Source: Akkermansiaceae bacterium (GTDB lineage: Bacteria; Gemmatimonadota; Gemmatimonadetes; Palauibacterales; Palauibacteraceae). Taken from it: 64,000 nucleotides of DNA. Numbering within the stretch: the first letter of the stretch is position 1; every line of letters begins with the position of its first letter. The stretch covers positions 13,601 to 77,600 of the forward strand of contig CAXMRU010000224.1 of the NCBI GenBank assembly GCA_964195715.1. The letters are read 5' to 3'. This document shows, one piece after another, positions 55,358 through 64,000 of the stretch. The position numbers and the translations under genes were made by a program. The notes under the pieces were generated by a model. That model was not told where the DNA came from. It ran no database searches and worked only from the letters and a program-made list of their open reading frames with translations.

Positions 55358-56590
55358 ATGGCCAAGGAGATTCTGATGCGGAGCACAGAGAGCTTTGTCC
55401 GCGAAGCGGAGCGCTGGAGCGCACATAACTATGCTCCGCTTCCGGTCGTCATTGAGCGTGGGAACGGGTGCTGGGTGTGGGACGTCGATGGCAGACGCTA
55501 CCTGGACATGCTGAGTGCGTATTCGGCCCTGAACCAGGGGCACAGGCATCCGGCGATCGTCGGTGCCCTCAAGGACCAGGCGGACCGGTTGACGCTGACC
55601 TCGAGGGCGTTCCACAACGATCAGATGGGAGCCTTCCTGAAGGTGCTCGCCGAGGCCACCGGATTCACTCGGGCGCTACCCATGAATACGGGCGCCGAAG
55701 CGGTCGAAACCGCGATCAAGGCGGCCCGAAAATGGGGCTACGAAGTTAAGGGAGTAGCGGAAGATCGGGCGGAGATCATCGTGTGCGAGAACAACTTCCA
55801 TGGTCGCACCACGACGATCGTCGGCTTCTCGTCCGAGAACCAGTACCGGGACGGTTTCGGCCCGTTCGCGCCCGGTTTCCGGATGATTCCGCACGGAGAG
55901 ATCGACGCGCTGGAGGCGGCCATCAACGAAAACACGGTGGCATTCCTGGTGGAGCCGATCCAGGGCGAGGGCGGCATCGTGGTTCCGCCGGACGGATTCC
56001 TCTCGAAGGCCCACGACCTGTGCCGGGCCAATCAGGTCCTGCTGCTCAACGACGAGATCCAGACCGGCCTCGGTCGGACGGGCAGGCTCTTCTGTGGGGA
56101 CTGGGACGGGACCCGGGGCGACATTCTCATCGTCGGCAAGGCCCTGGGCGGGGGTGTATACCCGGTTTCCGGCATCCTCGCCAATGACGAAGTCATGGAC
56201 GTGTTCCACCCCGGGGACCACGGCTCCACGTTCGGCGGCAATCCGCTGGGCGCGGCCGTCGGCCTGGCCGCGCTGAAAGTGATCCTCGACGAAGAGTTGG
56301 CCGATCGGGCTCGGGACCTCGGTAGCTGGCTCATGGATCGCCTGCGTGACCTGGACTCGCCGCACGTCAAGGAAGTCCGTGGCCGGGGTCTGATGATCGG
56401 CGTCGAGATCAATACGGAGTCGGGCACGGCCCGTCCGTTCTGTGAGGCCCTGAAGGAGCGCGGCATTCTGTGTAACGACACGCACCATCACACGATCCGT
56501 ATCGCACCGCCGCTCATCATCCAGAGGGAAACGCTGGAAGAAGCGCTCCCGATCTTCGACGAGGTCCTGCGACCCGGCGTGGTCGCCTGA
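55358..56590 (+). CDS. rocD: ornithine--oxo-acid aminotransferase
   Basis: 410 aa. YSALNQGHRHP and the LLLNDEIQTGLGRTG PLP-lysine region are typical of OAT-subfamily class III aminotransferases. Confidence 0.85.
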   Translation: MAKEILMRSTESFVREAERWSAHNYAPLPVVIERGNGCWVWDVDGRRYLDMLSAYSALNQGHRHPAIVGALKDQADRLTLTSRAFHNDQMGAFLKVLAEATGFTRALPMNTGAEAVETAIKAARKWGYEVKGVAEDRAEIIVCENNFHGRTTTIVGFSSENQYRDGFGPFAPGFRMIPHGEIDALEAAINENTVAFLVEPIQGEGGIVVPPDGFLSKAHDLCRANQVLLLNDEIQTGLGRTGRLFCGDWDGTRGDILIVGKALGGGVYPVSGILANDEVMDVFHPGDHGSTFGGNPLGAAVGLAALKVILDEELADRARDLGSWLMDRLRDLDSPHVKEVRGRGLMIGVEINTESGTARPFCEALKERGILCNDTHHHTIRIAPPLIIQRETLEEALPIFDEVLRPGVVA

Positions 56591-56645
56591 CCGGGGCGAT
56601 GGCCCCGGCTGCCAACGCCTGAAACACGGCACCGCGACAGCACAA

Positions 56646-56674
56646 GGCGCCGGGGGCCATCGCCCCCAGGCGCC
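56646..56674. terminator. GC hairpin (12-bp stem with one bulge, CAUC loop) followed by UGUUUCAU, between convergent rocD and cyclophilin genes
   Basis: Inverted repeat GGCGCCGGGGGC / GCCCCCaGGCGCC read from the sequence. A second short perfect hairpin CCGGGGC-GATG-GCCCCGG sits at 56591-56608. Confidence 0.5.
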
Positions 56675-56725
56675 TGTTTCATCCGGCTGTATGCAAGCAA
56701 CTTACAAGGTCGGTGAAGAACACTG

Positions 56726-57355
56726 TTACGGCTGAACGACCGTCGCCGAGACGACCGTGACCGCTTCGACAGGCACGTCCTGCATGCCCGCCGCGTTGCC
56801 CGTCTCGACGGCAGCGATCGCGTCCACCACATCCATCCCCTCGAGCACCGTTCCGAACACGGCGTATCCCCACTGGTTTGGCCCCTGCGCACCGTAGTCG
56901 AGGAAGGGGTTGTCGGTGTGGTTGATGAAGAACTGGGCCGACGCGCTGTGCGGCGCGCCGGTCCGGGCCATCACGATCGTTCCGCGAACATTGTGCAGTC
57001 CGTTGTCCGACTCGTTGCGGATCGGCTCACGCGACCCTTCTCTCATCGTCAGGTCGGCCTCAAAGCCGCCGACCTGAATCATGAAGTCAGGGATCACCCG
57101 GTGAAACACGAGCCCGTCGTAGTGACCCGACTCGACGTAGGCCAGGAAGTTCTCCACGGTGATCGGCGCCTCATCCGGATAGAAGCCGATGAGAATGTTC
57201 CCCATGCTCGTCTCGAGAAGGACTCTCGGCCCTTTCACCTCAGGTTGCTTCATCGCACTACCCTCCGCTCCACCAGGTTCACCGTTCGTGTCCGGCGAGC
57301 CCGCACAACCGACGGCGGGGACGGACAGCATGGTCGCCAGCGCGACCGATCTCAT
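56726..57355 (-). CDS. cyclophilin-type peptidyl-prolyl cis-trans isomerase lipoprotein
   Basis: From the Met at about 57355: MRSVALATMLSVPAVGCAGS (lipobox), followed by a cyclophilin domain (FHRVIPDFMIQGG, ...). The track ORF start at 57571 is antisense run-on into plsC. Confidence 0.85.
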   Translation of the reverse strand: MRSVALATMLSVPAVGCAGSPDTNGEPGGAEGSAMKQPEVKGPRVLLETSMGNILIGFYPDEAPITVENFLAYVESGHYDGLVFHRVIPDFMIQVGGFEADLTMREGSREPIRNESDNGLHNVRGTIVMARTGAPHSASAQFFINHTDNPFLDYGAQGPNQWGYAVFGTVLEGMDVVDAIAAVETGNAAGMQDVPVEAVTVVSATVVQP

Positions 57356-57372
57356 GATTCCAGTCTTGATGC

Positions 57373-58155
57373 TCAAGGGTGCTCCTCTTCTCGGTTGAGT
57401 ATCCTCTCGAACGTCTTTCTGTCGATCTCCCCTGCCCGCATCTGCCGCAGCGCAGCGAGCTGCTTCCTCAAGATACCGATCACGTCGTCCGCGATCTCCT
57501 GGGCCTCCTCCTTGGAGCGCGGCCTGCCGACATAGTCCGAATAGTCGATCGGCTTCCCGAACGCCACCCATATGTGCTTGAACAGCCGGGGAAAGGTGGC
57601 GCCCACCGGCAGCACATCATACAGACCATCCACCGTTACCGGAACAACCATTGGCTGGTTTGCCAGCACCACGAGGCCCGCACCCGGCCTGCCATCCCGG
57701 ATCTCCCCATCCCGCGACCGGGTGCCCTCCGGAAACAGGATCATCGTTCCGCCACGGAGAGCACGGATCATCCGGTGCAGGGCCCGACTGTCCCGCCGCC
57801 CGGCCTTGATCGGGATGCACTTCCAATTGTCAGCCCACCATGCCCGGAACGGGTTCTTGAAGAAGTTTTCCTCCGCTGCCGGGCTCCAGGGAATGAGGTA
57901 GGGTCTGAGCATCGACGGGCCCAGGTAGGCCGCGGTTCCGACGAGGAATCCGTCGATCATCGTTTGATGATTGGATAGAAGCAGCGTGTTCCGCTTCCGG
58001 GGCACGTTCCCCCGGCCGATCACGGTCGCCCGATTCAGGACGTAGAACACCAGCGCTAGAAGCAGCACGGTGAAGTGAACCGTCAGGTAGCGGGTTAACG
58101 GCCAGAAGAAATGGAAGATCGGGCCCCTGTAGTCCGCTCTGTACGGTTCTCCCAT
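57373..58155 (-). CDS. plsC: 1-acyl-sn-glycerol-3-phosphate acyltransferase family protein
   Basis: 260 aa. N-terminal TM helix, NHQTMIDG (HX4D block I) and FPEGTRS (block III). Confidence 0.8.
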   Translation of the reverse strand: MGEPYRADYRGPIFHFFWPLTRYLTVHFTVLLLALVFYVLNRATVIGRGNVPRKRNTLLLSNHQTMIDGFLVGTAAYLGPSMLRPYLIPWSPAAEENFFKNPFRAWWADNWKCIPIKAGRRDSRALHRMIRALRGGTMILFPEGTRSRDGEIRDGRPGAGLVVLANQPMVVPVTVDGLYDVLPVGATFPRLFKHIWVAFGKPIDYSDYVGRPRSKEEAQEIADDVIGILRKQLAALRQMRAGEIDRKTFERILNREEEHP

Positions 58156-58434
58156 AAGTCTCTCGTTCGACGGGTCCCCATCCCTCCGGAGTTGGGTGGC
58201 CCAACAATATCGGCCGGACCCGGTCGTCGTGCCAGACTATGTCGCCCCGCCCCGGGCACGGGCTGCCCTCCGGGCAACCGGTGGCAAAGCAAACGCTTGC
58301 GGTCGGTACTCGACTCCCATCCCACTCGATACCATATTGGCCCGCGCAGCCGGTCGTCACCGAAGACGGACGGACTGCGGACGGGTCAACTGGCCGGCCA
58401 CCGTGGCGGGCCGCAACCCACAGAGAGACCTTTT

Positions 58435-61179
<2,745 letters not shown>

Positions 61180-61257
61180 CGCCCGCACGGCGGCCCGACC
61201 CTTGCATCGAATATGGGGTTGTCCCCGGACCCGCCCAATCCACGAACGGAGTTACCA

Positions 61258-63468
61258 ATGATCATATCCGGAGTACGACGCCTCGGCCTGCTGACCGCGA
61301 TTCTGGGCGCCGCCGCCTGTTCTTCAGCGCCCCCGCCCGAGACGGCGCCCGCGCCGGTCGCAGAGCTGGCCGCTGTCCAGGAGGTCGCTCCGCAGACCGG
61401 CCTTCTCGTGGCCCCCGAGGCCGCCGTTCTCATGTCCGAGACCGTCGAGCTGACTGGGACGGAGATGGGCACGATGTGGACGTTTGAGAATCCGCCGCTC
61501 GACTACTGGGAGGAGACGTACGGCTTCCGACCCAGCTCGGAGTGGCTCGAGCACGTCCGCCTCGCATCCGTTCGTTACGGAGGCGGGTGCTCATCCTCAT
61601 TCGTTTCGGCCAACGGCCTGGTGATCACGAACAACCACTGCGCCCGCGGCTGCATCGATGCAGTGTCGACGGAGGACGACGACTTCCTGAATAATGGCTT
61701 CTACGCAGCCTCGCGCGAAGAGGAGCTGGTCTGCCCGAACCTCAGCCTCGATCAGCTGATCGAGATCGAGGACATCAGCGCGGAGATGCGCTCCGCAGCG
61801 CAGCCGGGAATGTCTGACGCCGAGCTCACCGCGGCGCGGAACGCCCGCGGCGAGGAGCTCGACGCGGCATGCGAGGAGGCGACAGGGCTGCAGTGCCAGG
61901 TCGTGTCGCTATTCCACGGCGGACAGTTCAAGCTCTACAAGTTCCGCCGGTATTCCACCGTGAAACTGGTCTTCACGCCCGAGATGCAGGCAGCATTCTT
62001 CGGCGGTGACCCGGACAACTTCACGTATCCGCGATACGACCTCGACATCTCCTTCGTCAGGGCGTACGAGGACGACGGAGTCACACCGGCCGCCACTCCG
62101 CACTTCTTCGAGTGGGATGCGGACGGCGCCGCCGAGGGCGAGCTGGTCTTCGTGACCGGCAACCCCGGCTCTACGGCACGCCAGATCACTTTGTCACAGT
62201 ACCTGTATCAAAAAGAAATCTGGCACCCGCTGCTGCTCAGTCTCTTCGACCAGCGGCTCGAGGTGATGCACGCGATCCAGCGAGACGATCCCGAGCGGGG
62301 TCGCGCGATGCAGAACATGATCTTCGGGTTCGAAAACACTCAGAAGCTGTATCGCGGACAGCTCAAGGGACTTCGCGACACGGAACTGACGGCGAAGAAG
62401 ATCCGCTGGGAGAACGAGTTCCGTGCCGCCATCGAGGCAGACTCGGCGCTCGCGGCCGAATACGGTGACGTGTGGGACCGCATCGCCGAGATCAAGGAGC
62501 ACCAGGCCGAGCTCGCGGCCACGGTCGTTCTCAACAACCCGAACCTGGTGAACCCGTCGGCTCACCTTCAGCTCGCGGGACAGCTGGCGCAGTACGTCCA
62601 GCTGGCCGCACAGCCGGAGGACCAGCGCCCGCCCAACTGGGACCGACTGGAAGGCAACCTGCGCGAGCCGGGTGAACTCGAGATGGACCAGTCTCTGGGG
62701 ATGCTTGCCGGCCGACTTACGATCGCCCCGGACTGGCTGCCGCCCGAGGCGGTTCTCGTGCAGGCCGTGCGCCCCGAGGAGACGCCCGAGGCCGCCGCCC
62801 GCCGGCTGATCGAATCCTCGCAGTTGGGTGACCCGGCGTTCCGCGAGTCGTTGATGTCCGGTGACCCGGAGGGTCTCCAGACCAGCACAGATCCGTTGGT
62901 CCAGCTCGTGCTCGCCATGCGGGCGGAACAGACGGGAGCCCTTGCAGGCTGGCAGGCGGCCAACGCCTCCGAAGAGGTGCAGAACGAGCGCTTCGCCTCT
63001 GCCATGTTCGCCGTGTATGGAACGGACCTGCCGCCGGACGCGACGTTCACCCTCCGCATCACGGATGGCATCGTGAAGCGGTACCAATTCAATGGTACCT
63101 ACGCCCCGGCCCAGACGGTTCTGTATGGCCTGTATGCCCGCGCGGAGGAGTTCGGCAACGAGATGCCGTGGACCCTTGCGCCAGCCATCGACAGGGCACG
63201 GGATGAGGTGGACATGAGCACGCCGATCAACTTCGTGTCGACAAACGACATCACGGGCGGCAACAGCGGAAGCCCCGTGATCGACCGCGAGGCCCGCTGG
63301 GTCGGCATCGCGTTTGACGGCAATATCGAATCGTTCCCGAACGAGTTCCTGTTCGCCGCCGAGAACGGGCGCACGGTCTCTGTGCATTCGGCCGGAATCA
63401 CCGAAGCGCTCCGCAGCGTCTACGGCGCCCACGAGCTCCTCGAGGAGCTCCTCAGCGGTACCGAGTGA
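61258..63468 (+). CDS. S46-family dipeptidyl-peptidase (DPP7/DPP11-like) lipoprotein
   Basis: Lipoprotein signal RLGLLTAILGAAAC. Catalytic His in ITNNHCA, Asp region and Ser in GGNSGSPV. The size and helical insertion domain are typical of peptidase family S46. Confidence 0.8.
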   Translation: MIISGVRRLGLLTAILGAAACSSAPPPETAPAPVAELAAVQEVAPQTGLLVAPEAAVLMSETVELTGTEMGTMWTFENPPLDYWEETYGFRPSSEWLEHVRLASVRYGGGCSSSFVSANGLVITNNHCARGCIDAVSTEDDDFLNNGFYAASREEELVCPNLSLDQLIEIEDISAEMRSAAQPGMSDAELTAARNARGEELDAACEEATGLQCQVVSLFHGGQFKLYKFRRYSTVKLVFTPEMQAAFFGGDPDNFTYPRYDLDISFVRAYEDDGVTPAATPHFFEWDADGAAEGELVFVTGNPGSTARQITLSQYLYQKEIWHPLLLSLFDQRLEVMHAIQRDDPERGRAMQNMIFGFENTQKLYRGQLKGLRDTELTAKKIRWENEFRAAIEADSALAAEYGDVWDRIAEIKEHQAELAATVVLNNPNLVNPSAHLQLAGQLAQYVQLAAQPEDQRPPNWDRLEGNLREPGELEMDQSLGMLAGRLTIAPDWLPPEAVLVQAVRPEETPEAAARRLIESSQLGDPAFRESLMSGDPEGLQTSTDPLVQLVLAMRAEQTGALAGWQAANASEEVQNERFASAMFAVYGTDLPPDATFTLRITDGIVKRYQFNGTYAPAQTVLYGLYARAEEFGNEMPWTLAPAIDRARDEVDMSTPINFVSTNDITGGNSGSPVIDREARWVGIAFDGNIESFPNEFLFAAENGRTVSVHSAGITEALRSVYGAHELLEELLSGTE

Positions 63469-63486
63469 CGCTCGAGACTCCTGACA

Positions 63487-63523
63487 GGGGACGGATGGCC
63501 TTCGGTCGTCCGTCCCCCTTTCC
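63487..63523 (+). terminator. rho-independent terminator after the S46 peptidase gene (GGGGACGGA-13 nt loop-TCCGTCCCC then CUUUCC)
   Basis: Perfect 9-bp stem read from the sequence, 19 nt after the stop. Confidence 0.55.
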
Positions 63524-63596
63524 ATGTTCGAGACTGGGACATCTTGGCCTGAGTGCGTGAGCCGACTTGTCCCATCCCGGCAGATAATCCCAACAG

Positions 63597-63634
63597 AAAG
63601 ACCCCGGCGGCCGGAAACAGCAGCCGGGGTCTTT
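63597..63634. terminator. bidirectional hairpin AAAGACCCCGGC / GCCGGGGTCTTT (12-bp perfect stem) serving the ETF-QO gene on the minus strand
   Basis: On the minus strand the hairpin is followed by UCUGUUGGGAUU. Confidence 0.55.
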
Positions 63635-63670
63635 CCTCCACAGGCCCACGACGAAGAAAACCGCCGCAGG

Positions 63671-64000
63671 TTACATCCGCTTGTAGGCGGGGCCGCTCCC
63701 TCCCTCGCGCGGAGTCCACCGTGGACCCAGCACATCGGTGGCCTTGCAATCAACGCAATTGGGGGCGTTCACGACGAGCCCGTCCTCGCCCACTTCGTAC
63801 ACCCCCGCAGGGCACATGTGGTGATAGAACGACTGCAGCTCGACCGGCACCTCCTCGCCAGGGACGATGAGGTGCGACGGTATGTCGTCGCGTGTCGCAT
63901 TGCCCGAGCGGAAAACGGCGTCCACCTTGCTCAGCGTGTACACGCCGTCCGGTGTGAAGGCCTCGGCCGCCGTGACCTCACGCGCCTCCGCCGCGTCCTC
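63671..64000 (-). CDS. electron-transfer flavoprotein-ubiquinone oxidoreductase, 3' end only (gene continues beyond window end)
   Basis: The C-terminus ...MCPAGVYEVGEDGLVVNAPNCVDCKATDVLGPRWTPREGGSGPAYKRM matches the ETF-QO 4Fe-4S ferredoxin-like tail (xCxxCxxC...PEGGGGPxYxxM). The frame stays open to position 64000. Confidence 0.75.
   Translation of the reverse strand, partial: EDAAEAREVTAAEAFTPDGVYTLSKVDAVFRSGNATRDDIPSHLIVPGEEVPVELQSFYHHMCPAGVYEVGEDGLVVNAPNCVDCKATDVLGPRWTPREGGSGPAYKRM

Overview
This 64-kb, very GC-rich window is gene-dense bacterial chromosome made almost entirely of conserved housekeeping genes. Positions 1 to 22340 form one unbroken minus-strand block. It holds part of a fatty-acid/ribosomal cluster (fabG partial, fabD, plsX, rpmF, yceD-like, in map order), then ndk, sucD, sucC, an orphan carbamate kinase and a phosphomannomutase/phosphoglucomutase. 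A complete 13-gene NADH:quinone oxidoreductase operon follows in the same block (nuoA-B-CD-E-F-G-H-I-J-K-L-M-N, with nuoC and nuoD fused and a short NuoG). Downstream lie an alpha/beta hydrolase translationally coupled to dcd, a DUF423 membrane protein facing an HD-GYP phosphodiesterase, a lipoprotein plus OB-fold membrane protein pair, mdh, a moaD-moaE-moaA operon led by an unknown 90-aa gene, an aspartate aminotransferase, an IHF/HU-like protein, sppA, carA divergent from rnhA, and the secG-tpiA-pgk-gap glycolytic cluster. Further on, a chain of overlapping genes runs comF-like, aroE, a YwlE-type low-molecular-weight phosphatase, tsaC, ispD, radA, then dnaB, a family-4 uracil-DNA glycosylase, coaBC, rpoZ, gmk, yicC, a plug plus beta-barrel outer-membrane protein, icd and gltA. 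An AT-rich promoter island with a candidate small gene comes next, followed by a secreted DUF1028 protein, ornithine aminotransferase, a cyclophilin lipoprotein, plsC, acnA, an S46 dipeptidyl-peptidase lipoprotein, and the 3' end of an ETF-ubiquinone oxidoreductase gene running off the window. I found no rRNA, tRNA, CRISPR array, insertion sequence, integrase or recognisable defence gene. I do not see a convincing novel multi-gene system. The best leads are modest: two related CRP/FNR-like palindromes in front of respiratory and TCA genes, a YwlE-like putative protein-arginine phosphatase next to tsaC, an unannotated small ORF in a conspicuous AT-rich island, an unknown leader gene on the moa operon, and a lipoprotein/OB-fold membrane protein pair. 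Many ORF-track entries are N-terminally over-extended or are long antisense ORFs typical of high-GC DNA, and I trimmed or rejected them. Some base-level coordinates of motifs are approximate (within about 2 nt) because they were counted by eye.
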